DNA from: Acidobacteriota bacterium
Lineage (GTDB): Bacteria; Acidobacteriota; CAIWXX01
Length of the DNA: 64,000 bases
Assembly: GCA_040755995.1 (NCBI GenBank)
Contig: JBFMAF010000034.1
Coordinates: 64,001-128,000, forward strand
Reading direction: 5' to 3'
Part shown: one piece after another, positions 48,012-59,162 of the stretch
How positions within the stretch are numbered: the stretch's first letter is position 1
Layout of the letters: the number at the start of each line of letters is the position of its first letter
Notes under the pieces: generated by a model
What the model was told of the DNA's origin: nothing
What the model saw: the letters and a program-made list of their open reading frames with translations, nothing else
Database searches by the model: none
Position numbers and translations under genes: made by a program

Positions 48012-49691
48012 ATGAGAAAAGTCATCTGCTGGATCGTGACGGGCCTGATCGTGCTTCCAATCTTCTTCGGAAGCCTCGACGCTCAAGAACTGCAAGCTGG
48101 CTTGTCGCCGAGCGAAGAGATGGACAAGCTTTTCGATTTTTGGAACCGCCTGGACCAACCAGGATTTGCCGTGGTCGTGCTCAACGGGGGCCAGGTGGTC
48201 TATCAGAAGGTATTCGGCCTTGCCTGCCAGGAGCACGGCGTCCCTATCGCTCCCGATTCTGTCTTCAACACCTCGACGCTCGCTCAGCCTATCGTCGGCC
48301 AGGCAGTGGCGATGCTGGAGAAGGAGGGCAAGCTCTCGCTGGACGACGATGTTCGCAAGACCATCCCCGAGATTCCAGACTTCGGGACACCGATCAAGTT
48401 ACGCCACCTGGTATATCAAACCAGCGGGCTTCGTGACTGGCTTCCCGTGCAGCAGCTCACCGGACGCGAGATGGAGGAGCTCACATTCGAGCGGATGCTG
48501 AAGATCATCCAGGAACAGAAGAAACTCCTCTTCTCACCCGGAGATCGCTTTCAGTATTCCAATAGCAACTATGACCTGCTAGCGGAGGCGATCAAGCGGA
48601 CAACCGGGAGGACGTTTTCCGAATGGGCCTGGGAGAGCATCTTCAAGCCGTTGAAGATGACCAGGACGCTGTTTCGCGACAACTTCAGGTCGATGATTGA
48701 AAACGAGGCCTTCAGTTATGACTACACGCGCAGCGAATACCAGAGAGGAATCGATACTCTCTCAATGATTGGCTCGCATTCACTCCATACATCGATCACA
48801 GACCTGGCCAAGTGGCTGCAATACATCGATGCCGGAGCGGCCGGTGGGAGTGAGCTTCTCGCCAAGATGTTCGCAGCCGGCGTCCTGAACAACGGTCAGA
48901 GATCTGCGTACTGCTACGGATTCAATGTCGACGATGGCGCGGGAAGGAGGCAGGTAAGTCAAACAGGAACCTGGGCCGGATCCGGAGCAAACCTGGTCTA
49001 TTTGCCCGACCAGCGATTCGGATTCGCCGTCCTGTCCAATTGGGACTATGTTCCAGCCGATGCATTCGCGACGGACATAATCGGTATCTACCTGCCTGCT
49101 GAAGCCCCAGTGCCCGACACGGGCGGCACGGCGGCCGCGGATAAGAAGAGTGTGAAGGTCAACCGGGAAAAGCTCGATCAGTACGTCGGCGACTATCGCC
49201 TGCGGCCACGCCAGGTTTTCACCATCAGCCGCTCGGGCGATCAGCTTACACTCGACTTCTCCGGGCAGAAATTCCCGCTGACGGCCCTGTCGGAAACCGA
49301 TTTCTTCTTGGACGTCGCCGACGCGCGCATTACCTTTCAGAAGAATAGTGATGGGAAAGTCCTTCAATGTCTCTGGAAGGGTGGAAGCGAGATAATTGCG
49401 CCGAGGGTTGTTCTGGTCAAGCCCACGCCGGAAGAGCTGAATGAGTTTGCGGGAACCTATTTCAATGAAGAACTGGATCTACGCATCCGGCTCCTGCTGC
49501 GCGGCGATGCGCTCGTTGTTCAGAGTCCGGGGCAGGGCGACGTCCGCCTGGCGCCTGATGAACAAGATCGTTTCTCGTCGACTTCGATCGCCATGCCGAT
49601 GATCATCTTCCAGCGAGATGCAGGGAAGCTTGTGACCGGATTCACAATCGATACCGATGCTGTGCGTGATCTGGTCTTCAGGAAAGAATGA
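48012..49691 (+). CDS. Secreted beta-lactamase-fold serine hydrolase homolog with degenerate catalytic motif
   Basis: LSLDDDVRK, TSGLRD, PGDRFQYSNSNY, IFKPLKMT; SxxK position reads TLAQ. Confidence 0.8.
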   Translation: MRKVICWIVTGLIVLPIFFGSLDAQELQAGLSPSEEMDKLFDFWNRLDQPGFAVVVLNGGQVVYQKVFGLACQEHGVPIAPDSVFNTSTLAQPIVGQAVAMLEKEGKLSLDDDVRKTIPEIPDFGTPIKLRHLVYQTSGLRDWLPVQQLTGREMEELTFERMLKIIQEQKKLLFSPGDRFQYSNSNYDLLAEAIKRTTGRTFSEWAWESIFKPLKMTRTLFRDNFRSMIENEAFSYDYTRSEYQRGIDTLSMIGSHSLHTSITDLAKWLQYIDAGAAGGSELLAKMFAAGVLNNGQRSAYCYGFNVDDGAGRRQVSQTGTWAGSGANLVYLPDQRFGFAVLSNWDYVPADAFATDIIGIYLPAEAPVPDTGGTAAADKKSVKVNREKLDQYVGDYRLRPRQVFTISRSGDQLTLDFSGQKFPLTALSETDFFLDVADARITFQKNSDGKVLQCLWKGGSEIIAPRVVLVKPTPEELNEFAGTYFNEELDLRIRLLLRGDALVVQSPGQGDVRLAPDEQDRFSSTSIAMPMIIFQRDAGKLVTGFTIDTDAVRDLVFRKE

Positions 49692-49715
49692 TCCGCGCCG
49701 TCAGGCCACACGGGT

Positions 49716-51053
49716 TCACTCCATCCCGAGCAGCTTCAGCTTCTTCCAGAGCGTCTTGCGGCTGATGCCCAGGATCTCGGCGGCGCGCTTGCGCTGTCCG
49801 CCCACACTTTGGAGCACTTCCTGAAGATACCGCCGCTCCGCCTCGCGAATCGCAAGGTTCAACGGGTGCGCGGGGGCAGCCGGTTCTGCGGCTCTGTCCA
49901 TCCCTTCCACTGCGAAGTCCTCCTCGGTCAGAATGGAGTTCTTGGCCAGCGTCACGGCACGCTGCAGACTCGATTCCAGCTCGCGCACGTTCCCAGGCCA
50001 GTGGTAGGCCAACAGATAGCGGCATGCATCGGGGCTCAACCCCTGGATCGACTTTCCGGGCTGCTGGTACTTGGCGAGGAAGTGATTGGCGAGCGGGAGG
50101 ATGTCTTCGCGCCGGTCGCGCAGGGGCGGGAGTGAGACCGTGATGACCTTGAGGCGGTAGAAGAGGTCCTCGCGCATGCGTCCCGCGAGCACCTCGTCTT
50201 CCAACCGCTTTCGGCTGGCTGAGATGACGCGCACATCCACCTTGATGGTCCTGCTCCCGCCCACGCGCTCGAACTCTTTCTCCTGCAGCACCCGAAGGAG
50301 CTTGGCCTGGAGTGCCGGGCCGGGATCCGCCACCTCGTCGAGGAACAGGCTGCCGCCGTCGGCCATCTCGAAGCGACCCTTGCGGTCGCGGATTGCGCCG
50401 GTGAAGGCCCCCTTCTCGTGACCGAAGAGCTCCGCTTCGAGCAGTGTTTCCGGAATCGCAGCGCAGGCCACCTTGATGAGCGGTGCCGCCTTGCGCGCGC
50501 TCTGCTGGTGAATCGCCCGCGCCACCAGCTCCTTGCCGGTCCCCGTCTCGCCCTGGATCAGCACCGTCGCGTCGCTCTGGGCGACTGTTGCTATGAGGTC
50601 ACAGACGCGCGCCATCTTCTGGCTCACGTAGATGATGTCGCAGAACTGCTGCACGCCTTCGGGGCGCGCGTGACGCGTGTCGATATTGCCGCGCTGCGCG
50701 AGAAGCCCGCGCAACAGAATCAACAGGTCTTCCTGCGGGAATGGTTTCTGCAGGTAATCAGCCGCGCCGGCCTTCATCGCGGCCACTGCGGACTGGATCG
50801 TACCGTACGCGGTCATCATGATCCCCAGCCCCTCGGGGTTGACCGTCCGGTAGCCATCGAGCAGCGTCAGACCGTCGACTCGAGGCAGCTTCAGGTCCAG
50901 CAGCGCAACATCAAAAGGTTGGTTCTGGATGAGATCGAGCGCCTCGATACCGTCGGACGCGGCCACCACCTCGTATCCCTCCTCTGCGAGATCGTTTGCG
51001 AGCGTGAGGCGGAGAATCGGTTCGTCCTCGACCACCAGCACGCGATACCTCAT
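49716..51053 (-). CDS. Sigma54-dependent response regulator (NtrC/AtoC family)
   Basis: Receiver domain, GETGTGKE, GAFTGA, WPGNVREL, Fis-type HTH. Confidence 0.95.
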   Translation of the reverse strand: MRYRVLVVEDEPILRLTLANDLAEEGYEVVAASDGIEALDLIQNQPFDVALLDLKLPRVDGLTLLDGYRTVNPEGLGIMMTAYGTIQSAVAAMKAGAADYLQKPFPQEDLLILLRGLLAQRGNIDTRHARPEGVQQFCDIIYVSQKMARVCDLIATVAQSDATVLIQGETGTGKELVARAIHQQSARKAAPLIKVACAAIPETLLEAELFGHEKGAFTGAIRDRKGRFEMADGGSLFLDEVADPGPALQAKLLRVLQEKEFERVGGSRTIKVDVRVISASRKRLEDEVLAGRMREDLFYRLKVITVSLPPLRDRREDILPLANHFLAKYQQPGKSIQGLSPDACRYLLAYHWPGNVRELESSLQRAVTLAKNSILTEEDFAVEGMDRAAEPAAPAHPLNLAIREAERRYLQEVLQSVGGQRKRAAEILGISRKTLWKKLKLLGME

Positions 51054-51117
51054 CGCGCCCTCCTGCTGTTGGAGCAGCGGAGCGTCACTGTCCGGCCGCC
51101 TCGGCACTTCCAGCCTG

Positions 51118-52584
51118 TCATCCGGCCGTCCTTTCGGGGTTCAGCGGTAGTGTGATGATGAAAGTGCTCCCCTTGCCCACTTCGCTCCTCACGTCGATAG
51201 TGCCTCCGTGTGCGCGCACGAAGCCGTAGCCGACAGAAAGCCCGAGGCCCGTGCCCTTGCCGACCTCCTTGGTGGTGAAGAACGGGTCGAAAATCCTCGC
51301 CTGGTGCTCCGGCCGAATGCCGACACCGGTGTCCGAGACCTGCACCTGCACCACGGGCCCTGAGTCGCGCTCATGCGGCCCTACGCTCACCGTCAAGCTT
51401 CCGCCGTCCGGCATGGCCTCCATAGCGTTCCGCAGTACGTTCAAAAAGACCTGCTCCATCTGGTGCGGGTCGATGAACGCGTCCGGAAGGCGTGGATCCG
51501 CGGCAAGCGAGTAGCTAATGCGCCTGGGGGTAAGCTCGTGATCCAAGAGGGTGAGCACCCGCCGGAGCAGCGCGGCGACATTGGTCTGGGCGAGCTGTGG
51601 CTTGGCCTCGCGGGCGAAGTTCAGCAACTGCCCGACGGTACGCCCGATCCGGCCGAGGCCGTCCTGGAGCATGGTCAGGTACTGGACGCGTTGCCCCTCA
51701 TCCTTCAGCCCTTTCAGTAGTGTCCTGACGCAGTTCTGCATCCCGGCCAGTGGGTTGTTGATCTGGTGTGCGATGCCGGCGGCCATCTTGCCGAGCGACG
51801 CGAGGTTCTCGGCCCTGCGGATCTCTTCCTCATGCCGGTCCTCGAGCTGCCGCCGGGCGTCATACAGTCGGGTCACCATCGCGTTGAAGCTCCTTGCAAG
51901 TTGGCCGATCTCGTCGTTCTCGCGAGCGTCTATTCTTACGCTGAGGTCGCCGGCCTCCACCAGATTCATCGTGCGCGAGATCGTTTCGATCCTGCGGCCC
52001 ATCGCAAGCGAAAAGTACGCGGTGATCAACGCCCCGGTCAGCACGAGGCCGACAACCGCCGACAGGGCTACCCAGGTCAGGTATCCGTCCCAGTTCGCCT
52101 CGGCACGAGGCACGTTTACCAACACGTTCAACATGCCGAGCACTGCGCGGTCGGGCGGATGGCATCCCTGGCAGGCCCGAACGTTGAGGACGGGCCGGAA
52201 CACGCCGACGCGGCTCCCACCACCGCTCCACGCGAGCCCGCCGGTCGCCTCCCCGGCGGGCCTCTCGCCGGACGGTAGTCCGTGGCCGACCTCTTCGGGC
52301 CGGCTTGATCGCCGGATCACCCACGACGCATCGAGGACGCGAATGGTCTCAATCTGAGGTGACTCCCCCATGTGCGCCAGAATCGTCTGGACTTCCTTCG
52401 TCCTCCCCTGCCCCATCGCCTCTGCGATGGAGCGCTCGGCCACGTTGGCAATCACGTCGGCCTCGCGCCTGGCCGCATCTACCCGGTATAGCCCGTTGAT
52501 GCGATAGGTAATCAACGAGTAGACGGCGATCACCACGAGCAGGATCGCCCCTACACCGAATGCCATCTTGAACCGCAGCGCCAT
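51118..52584 (-). CDS. HAMP sensor histidine kinase with a periplasmic CxxCH
   Basis: Two transmembrane segments, CQGCH, AHQINNPL, FFTTKEVGKGTGLGL. Confidence 0.92.
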   Translation of the reverse strand: MALRFKMAFGVGAILLVVIAVYSLITYRINGLYRVDAARREADVIANVAERSIAEAMGQGRTKEVQTILAHMGESPQIETIRVLDASWVIRRSSRPEEVGHGLPSGERPAGEATGGLAWSGGGSRVGVFRPVLNVRACQGCHPPDRAVLGMLNVLVNVPRAEANWDGYLTWVALSAVVGLVLTGALITAYFSLAMGRRIETISRTMNLVEAGDLSVRIDARENDEIGQLARSFNAMVTRLYDARRQLEDRHEEEIRRAENLASLGKMAAGIAHQINNPLAGMQNCVRTLLKGLKDEGQRVQYLTMLQDGLGRIGRTVGQLLNFAREAKPQLAQTNVAALLRRVLTLLDHELTPRRISYSLAADPRLPDAFIDPHQMEQVFLNVLRNAMEAMPDGGSLTVSVGPHERDSGPVVQVQVSDTGVGIRPEHQARIFDPFFTTKEVGKGTGLGLSVGYGFVRAHGGTIDVRSEVGKGSTFIITLPLNPERTAG

Positions 52585-52747
52585 CCAACCACCAGTGTAT
52601 ACGTATACACTCAGGCCGGGTCTCGTTCAACTCCCGGCGCCGGAATTGGTTTGACCCGCCGGGATTGTTCCAGCTATGCTTTGGCAGTGCCACGCCCCCT
52701 GGCACTGATGTCGACCCGGTCAGGCCATGCTTCGTTGGAGATGTGAC

Positions 52748-55189
52748 ATGAAGAGCGCGACCGTAGCGGTCATCGCCTTCTTCACTTGTGCTGTCTCGTT
52801 CGCAATCGCTGGTGACAACCGTTGGACCTTCCTCGGTCCGGAAGGCGGCGGGATCGACTCCTTCACGTTCCATCCGCAGATCAAGGGAACGATCTACGCG
52901 AGCGGGAATGGCGTGTTCCGAAGCCGTGATTTCGGGTTGAGCTGGGAGCGCCTGCCGCTGGCCGGTGGTATCCTCAGGATCCACCCCAAGAACCCGGGTA
53001 CTATCGTGGCGGCCCTCTGGGATATGGTGTACGCTTCGACCAACAAGGGGAATACATGGCAGGTGATTTGCCCGGATGCCAAGACATCGGATGGCTTTTC
53101 CGATCTCGAATTCCACTCGGGAGACCCGCAGATCCTGTATGGCGTCACGCATTACACCGGAGTGTTCAAGAGCACTGATGGTGGGAAGAGCTGGACAAGG
53201 AGAAGCTCCGGGCTGAAGCTTGAACCCGCAGATCCCAACGGGCGCGCCGGAATTGAGGTGGATCCCACCGATGGCAATCGCGTGTATGCGTTGCTGGCGA
53301 GCAGCAGGGTATACAAGACGACCGACGGCGGGGAATCGTGGGTCGAGCTGAAGAAGGGGCTGGATATTCTGGATCGCACGATGGAGAGCATCGCGATCGA
53401 CGTGCGCGATCCGGAGACACTCTACGTTGCGGGCCAGACGCCCGCGGTGTACAAGTCCACCAGTGGCGGCAGCGACTGGTTCCTAACCGGTATGGGCGGA
53501 GAATGGTACGAGGTGGCAGTCGATCCGAAGAATTCGCGGGCAGTCTATGCGGGGTCGACCCAGGTGGGCAGGAGCACAGATGGCGGGGAATCGTGCTCGT
53601 ACGTCAGCATGCCCTGGCCGACGGTCATCTATGTCGAGGGGATCGGGATTCATCCGAGCAAGAACCTGGTATTCGCGGGCACTTCGAAGGTCGGGATATT
53701 CAGGTCCTCAAACAACGGCAAGACCTGGCGCCAAGCGAACCGCGGCCTGGACGCAATGTGGGTGTACGATCTGCAGGCTCCGGCACAGCAGGCGAATACC
53801 CTGTTCGCGTCCCCCCTCTTGGACCTCTATAGGAGTCTGAATGGTGGGACTAGCTGGGAAGTATGTGAAGGACTGGCGGAATTCGAGGTCGACGGCAAGA
53901 TCGCCATTCATCCCAAGGATCCCAATCTCATCGCCGTACCAGGAATAGGGCTATCGGGTGATGCTGATGCGATCGCGCTCAGCAGAGACGGAGGCACCAC
54001 ATGGGAGTTCAAGATCCCATGGCAGCCCGCGGGGCACTACCAGGCGTATGCAGTGGCCATGCATCCCACGAATCGGGACGTGATGTACGTGGCGCTTTCG
54101 CGCAGGGATACCTCGAACACCCCCCTCGGCTTGGTGAAGACCACTGACGGGGGCGAGACATGGAGGTTGGTTAGCAAGGGGCTGTCCGAGAAGCGCGTCG
54201 GGGTGATCGCCTTCGACGCGCGGGACAGCTCGACAATGTACGCCGGCACGTGGATGGGCCATCAAGGGACCGGGCGTGGCAGGGTCTTCAGGAGCACCGA
54301 CGGAGGAGAGTCGTGGAAGGAACGCAGCAAGGGGTTGGGGGAGCAGAACGTCCGCGACATCCTCGTCGACAAGGCAAATTCCAGCGTGATCTATGCGGCT
54401 ACCGGTGCAGCGACATACAAGAGCACCGATGCCGGCCGCAGCTGGGTGCTCAAGAACGGTACACCGACCTTCTGCCTGGCTCAGCATCCCTCGAACAAGC
54501 AGACGCTTGTTGCAGGCGGACAGTATGGTCTCTGGATTTCGACAGATGCAGGAGAGAACTGGAGTGCCTTCGATTCGACCGGACTCGGTCCGTTCCAGGT
54601 ATGGGACTTTCTCTTTGATCCGGCCGACGCAGAGAAGTTTCTGATCGGAACCACCGGTGGAGTCTACACCTACACGCGCAAGGTGTCCCCGGCCGCACCT
54701 GTGATCGAGCAGCTGCTGCCTGCCTCAGGGAAGGTCGGCGACACGATCTCGATCAAAGGCAAGGCGTTCGGTCAGGCGCAGTCCACCAGCAAGGTTCTCT
54801 TCGTCAACCTCGACGCCGGAGCCGCGCAGTCCTGGTCAGATACGAGCATCCAGGTCGCAGTCCCGGCGGGCGCTCGGACCGGCCCGGTGACAGTCACCGT
54901 CTTGGCGAAGAGGAGCAACCCCTACGAGTTCATCGTGCTACCGGCGACCGGCAACGTGGAGCCCACCAGCGGCCCGGCCGCGGGCGGGACGCGCGTCACG
55001 ATCATAGCTCCTTCCGGCACCTCCGGCACCCAGTTCAACGTCCTGTTCGGCTCGGCCGTGGCCCTGGGCGTCGGTTTCACACCGCCGAACATCATCACAT
55101 GCACCAGCCCCGCTGGATCGGGCACGGTCGATGTCAAAGTGACAAGCTCCGTCACTTCGACGACCGTCGGGACGTTCACGTACCAGTAG
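52748..55189 (+). CDS. Secreted BNR/Asp-box beta-propeller (VPS10/GH74-like) with C-terminal IPT/TIG domains
   Basis: Signal peptide, many S/TxDGGxSW repeats, PASGKVGDTISIKG and PTSGPAAGGTRVTI. Confidence 0.8.
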   Translation: MKSATVAVIAFFTCAVSFAIAGDNRWTFLGPEGGGIDSFTFHPQIKGTIYASGNGVFRSRDFGLSWERLPLAGGILRIHPKNPGTIVAALWDMVYASTNKGNTWQVICPDAKTSDGFSDLEFHSGDPQILYGVTHYTGVFKSTDGGKSWTRRSSGLKLEPADPNGRAGIEVDPTDGNRVYALLASSRVYKTTDGGESWVELKKGLDILDRTMESIAIDVRDPETLYVAGQTPAVYKSTSGGSDWFLTGMGGEWYEVAVDPKNSRAVYAGSTQVGRSTDGGESCSYVSMPWPTVIYVEGIGIHPSKNLVFAGTSKVGIFRSSNNGKTWRQANRGLDAMWVYDLQAPAQQANTLFASPLLDLYRSLNGGTSWEVCEGLAEFEVDGKIAIHPKDPNLIAVPGIGLSGDADAIALSRDGGTTWEFKIPWQPAGHYQAYAVAMHPTNRDVMYVALSRRDTSNTPLGLVKTTDGGETWRLVSKGLSEKRVGVIAFDARDSSTMYAGTWMGHQGTGRGRVFRSTDGGESWKERSKGLGEQNVRDILVDKANSSVIYAATGAATYKSTDAGRSWVLKNGTPTFCLAQHPSNKQTLVAGGQYGLWISTDAGENWSAFDSTGLGPFQVWDFLFDPADAEKFLIGTTGGVYTYTRKVSPAAPVIEQLLPASGKVGDTISIKGKAFGQAQSTSKVLFVNLDAGAAQSWSDTSIQVAVPAGARTGPVTVTVLAKRSNPYEFIVLPATGNVEPTSGPAAGGTRVTIIAPSGTSGTQFNVLFGSAVALGVGFTPPNIITCTSPAGSGTVDVKVTSSVTSTTVGTFTYQ

Positions 55190-55338
55190 GCGGATGACTG
55201 CTTCGCCAATCATCGGTCCGCCGAACAGTCTTCCACACTGCCCACCGCCCATACTGATGATGCCCTACCGCTCACTTCGCTAAGCAAGGTACATGCGACG
55301 CGACACGGGTCGCTGTGAGTATCTGATATAATGCCGCT

Positions 55339-56922
55339 GTGAGCCGATTCTTCAATCTGGAAGGGCCCGTGAGGCCCGAAGATCACTATTGTCTGCCCCC
55401 TCTCAGCAGGCTCGATATGTCCGAGGTCATGGACATGATCGACCGGAAACGCTATTTCGTCCTTCACGCGCCGCGCCAGACAGGTAAGACGAGCTGCCTG
55501 CTGGCACTCATGAAGCGCCTGAACGGCGAAGGGCGTTATCGGTGCCTGTACGTCAATGTTGAGGTTGCGCAATCGGCGCGTGAGGATGTGAAGCGTGGAA
55601 TGCGAGCCATTCTGACGGTGCTCGGCGCGAGGGCGCAGGAGGCGCTCGGGGACGCCTATCCCGAATCCATCGCGGCTGAGATGCTCGAGAAGGCAGGCGA
55701 AGACGCTGCTTTGGGGCGGGTTCTGAACCTGTGGTCGGCAACCTCTGCTAAACCACTCGTGGTTCTTTTTGACGAAGTGGATTCGCTCGTCGGCGACACA
55801 TTGATCGCCGTGCTGCGGCAGCTCCGCGAGGGCTACGACAAGCGCCCGGCCGCATTTCCTCAGAGCGTTGTTCTTTGTGGGGTGCGCGACGTCAGGGACT
55901 ACCGCATTCGCTCCTCGAAAGAGAATACGCAGATTGCCGGCGGCAGCGCGTTCAATGTGAAGGCCAAGTCGCTGCGGCTTGGTGATTTCTCCCACAGCGA
56001 AGTGACGGCACTGTACAAGCAGCACACCGAAGAGACCGGGCAGTCGTTCGAGGATGCTGCGCTGGAGCTGGCCTGGGAGCTGACCCGGGGCCAGCCTTGG
56101 CTCGCGAATGCGCTTGCATACGGCGCATGCTTCGAGATGAAAAGCGGCAGAGACCGCTCGATGCCGATCACGGCGGACATGATACTGGAAGCCAAGGAGA
56201 GGCTTATCCTGGATCGCGTGACCCATCTCGACCAGCTTGCCGACAAGCTGAGGGAACCCAGAGTGCGGCGAGTGATCGAGCCGCTGCTGGCAGGCGAGAC
56301 CAGCCCAGAGGCGCTATCTCCGAACGACATCTCCTACGTGCAGGATCTCGGCCTGATCCGCACGGACGGGCAGCTGTCAATCGCCAACCCGATCTACCAG
56401 GAGGTGATACCTCGCGAGCTCACGATCGCGACTCAGTACACGATCTCACATCAGCCTGCGTGGTACATCCTGGCCGACGGCCGTATCGACATGTCGAAGC
56501 TGATCGGCGCGTTCCAGGAGTTCTTCCGCGAAAACTCGGAGATCTGGATCGAACGGTTCGAGTACAAGGAGGCCGGGCCGCAGCTGCTCATGCAAGCTTT
56601 CTTGCAGCGCATAGTGAACGGGGGTGGGTACGTACAGCGCGAATACGGGCTGGGGCTCGGGCGTACAGACCTTCTGGCCGTGTGGCCTTATCCCGGCGGA
56701 GTTCAGAAGGCCGTGATCGAGTTGAAGATACTGCACAAGTCGGTCGAGCGCACGATCGCCGAAGGCCTGCGGCAGACGGCCGGGTATATGGATCGCTGCG
56801 GCGTCAGCGATGAGGGGCACCTGATCGTCTTCGACCGCACTCCAGGACGATCGTGGGACGAGAAGATCTTCAGGCGCGATGAGGCTGTGGCCCGCAGCAT
56901 CATCCACGTCTGGGGGATGTGA
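55339..56922 (+). CDS. AAA-type ATPase with C-terminal PD-(D/E)xK nuclease-like domain
   Basis: APRQTGKTS, VLFDEVD, REY..GRTDL..VIELK. Confidence 0.8.
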   Translation: MSRFFNLEGPVRPEDHYCLPPLSRLDMSEVMDMIDRKRYFVLHAPRQTGKTSCLLALMKRLNGEGRYRCLYVNVEVAQSAREDVKRGMRAILTVLGARAQEALGDAYPESIAAEMLEKAGEDAALGRVLNLWSATSAKPLVVLFDEVDSLVGDTLIAVLRQLREGYDKRPAAFPQSVVLCGVRDVRDYRIRSSKENTQIAGGSAFNVKAKSLRLGDFSHSEVTALYKQHTEETGQSFEDAALELAWELTRGQPWLANALAYGACFEMKSGRDRSMPITADMILEAKERLILDRVTHLDQLADKLREPRVRRVIEPLLAGETSPEALSPNDISYVQDLGLIRTDGQLSIANPIYQEVIPRELTIATQYTISHQPAWYILADGRIDMSKLIGAFQEFFRENSEIWIERFEYKEAGPQLLMQAFLQRIVNGGGYVQREYGLGLGRTDLLAVWPYPGGVQKAVIELKILHKSVERTIAEGLRQTAGYMDRCGVSDEGHLIVFDRTPGRSWDEKIFRRDEAVARSIIHVWGM

Positions 56923-57077
56923 GAAAAGCATCCCGGCTCGCCGTCGAGGGACAGACAGCAGGCTGTGAGGATGCTCCGGCCGGGCGGCACTGCTCGGGTG
57001 TGCAAGACACTGCGGCCGATCTCTCACGCGCTGAACAGGTACGCACCTGCTTCGCCGGTGCGTGCATGCGATGACTG

Positions 57078-59162
57078 TCAGTTCTCCAGCTGGCGAAGCA
57101 GCGCGTCCACATCCGAGACCGGCTCCTTGCAGGTGAAGTTGCGGCAGACGTAGACGAGAGGGCCGCTGTCTCCCGCTTGCTTGCTCTGGATCGCTGGCGC
57201 CTCGGCGGCGTCCAGCTCGCCGTCGGCTATGAGCACCACCGTGCGTGGTAGGAATCGCGACTGGACCGCATCGGTGAGGGCCCGTGTCCGCCCGTCGCTC
57301 CTCTCGCCGGCGATCACGATCTGCCGGCTCGGGCCGATGAAATGATCGTGCGCGATTGCGAGATAGGGCACCTGCGACGGGTGCTTGCGAAGAAGACCAG
57401 CATAAGCCCGCAGCGTCTCGGCAGCCTTCTGACGCAGCGCATCATCCGAGAAGATCTCTGCGAGCCGCACGAGGTTGAGCACCGCCACGGAGTTTCCCGC
57501 AGGCAGAGCCCCGTCGGTGATCTCCTTCTGGCGCGCAATCAGATCCGACCGCCCCGGAGCGGTGAAGAAGAAACCAGCACCGTCGGCATCGTAAAACAGC
57601 TCAATGCACTTCGTGTTGAGCTCCCGGGCGAGCCGCAGCCAGCGGGCTTCGTACGAGGTCTCGTAGAGATCCAGCAAGCCCTGGACGAATAGGGCGTAGT
57701 CGGCGAGCGTCCCGTCGTACTTCGCCTCGCCGAGACGGAAGCGTGAATGGAGCGATCCACCCCTGTAGAGGCTCGATGAGATGAACTCGGCCGCCCGCGT
57801 GGCCGCTGAGGCGAAGAGGGGTTCGCGCAGGGCGCGCGCTGCCGCGGCCATCCCGGAGATGGCCAGGCCGTTCCAGGATGTCAGGATCTTGTCATCGCGC
57901 AGCGGACGCGTGCGTTTCGATCGGGCTTCGAAGAGCATTCGTCTGGCGGCCTCTACGACCCGCGCAACTTCCTGGGCGTCCAGGTGCTCCAAACGCGCGA
58001 TCTGTTCAGGTGTGAACCTCACGTTTAGAATATTGAGCCCCGACGTTCGCGAATGAGGCTCCTCCCAGTTGCCCTCCTCCGTCACGTCGAGCGCGAGACC
58101 GAAGATGCGTGCGTCGCTTTCTCCGAGGAGGCTCTCGACCTCGGCGCGCGTCCAGACATAGAACTTCCCTTCGACACCTTCGCTGTCGGCGTCCTCGGCC
58201 GAGTAGAACCCGCCGTCCGGGTCCTGCATGTCGCGGAGCAGGTAGTCGGCGGTCTCTCGCACGACACGCTCGTAGGGGGCCCTGCCCGTGATCTGGTAGG
58301 CTTCTGCGTACAGGCGCAGGAGTTGAGCGTTGTCGTAGAGCATCTTTTCGAAGTGCGGCACCAGCCAGCGCGCGTCGGTAGAGTATCGAGCGAAGCCACC
58401 TCCGAGGTGGTCATAGATCCCGCCGTTTGCCATGTGCACGAGCTGCGATTCGACCATCTCGAGCGGCCTGGGGTCCTGCGTACGGGCGTGCAGCCGGAGG
58501 AGGAAGAGCGAGATCGACGGCTGGGGGAATTTCGGCGCGCCGCCGAAGGCGCCATGAGCCTCGTCGAAGCTGCGTTCGAAGTGCGGCAGGGCCTCCGACA
58601 GCAGGTCCTCATCGAGATCGCCTCGGGCGTCCCAGGCGCCGAGCCGCTGCACGGCATTCGTCACCTCATCCGCCTCGCGCGCGATCTCCTCGCCCTTTGT
58701 CTTCCAACTGGCGGCGAGCAGCTCGAGCACGCGGCGGAAGCCCGGCCGCCCCCAGTTGTCCTCGGGCGGGAAGTACGTCCCTCCGAAGAACGGCTTCAGA
58801 TCCGGTGTGAGCCACATCGACATCGGCCAGCCTCCGGGCTGCCCCAGCACCTGGGTCAGCGCCGTCATGTAGATGTCGTCGACATCGGGGCGCTCTTCGC
58901 GATCCACCTTCACCGGCACGAAATGCTCGTTGAGGACCGCTGCTGTCTCCTCGTCCTCGAAGCTCTCGCGCTCCATGACGTGGCACCAGTGGCAGGTCGA
59001 GTATCCGATGGACAGGAAGATGGGCTTGTTCTCTCGTTTTGCTTTGTCGAACGCCTCCTGTCCCCAGGGATACCAGTCGACGGGGTTGGTGGCGTGCTGC
59101 TGGAGGTAGGGGCTCTTCTCGTGAGCGAGCCGATTATTCGGCTTCTCCTGTTCGTGCAGCAC
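57078..59162 (-). CDS. Thioredoxin-domain DUF255 (YyaL/SSP411-like) protein
   Basis: [39 protein letters not shown]. Confidence 0.93.
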   Translation of the reverse strand: MLHEQEKPNNRLAHEKSPYLQQHATNPVDWYPWGQEAFDKAKRENKPIFLSIGYSTCHWCHVMERESFEDEETAAVLNEHFVPVKVDREERPDVDDIYMTALTQVLGQPGGWPMSMWLTPDLKPFFGGTYFPPEDNWGRPGFRRVLELLAASWKTKGEEIAREADEVTNAVQRLGAWDARGDLDEDLLSEALPHFERSFDEAHGAFGGAPKFPQPSISLFLLRLHARTQDPRPLEMVESQLVHMANGGIYDHLGGGFARYSTDARWLVPHFEKMLYDNAQLLRLYAEAYQITGRAPYERVVRETADYLLRDMQDPDGGFYSAEDADSEGVEGKFYVWTRAEVESLLGESDARIFGLALDVTEEGNWEEPHSRTSGLNILNVRFTPEQIARLEHLDAQEVARVVEAARRMLFEARSKRTRPLRDDKILTSWNGLAISGMAAAARALREPLFASAATRAAEFISSSLYRGGSLHSRFRLGEAKYDGTLADYALFVQGLLDLYETSYEARWLRLARELNTKCIELFYDADGAGFFFTAPGRSDLIARQKEITDGALPAGNSVAVLNLVRLAEIFSDDALRQKAAETLRAYAGLLRKHPSQVPYLAIAHDHFIGPSRQIVIAGERSDGRTRALTDAVQSRFLPRTVVLIADGELDAAEAPAIQSKQAGDSGPLVYVCRNFTCKEPVSDVDALLRQLEN

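Noticed and set aside
55230..55290. GCCGAAC after the beta-propeller gene as an attC
   Set aside because: No matching GTTRRRY end or supporting hairpin
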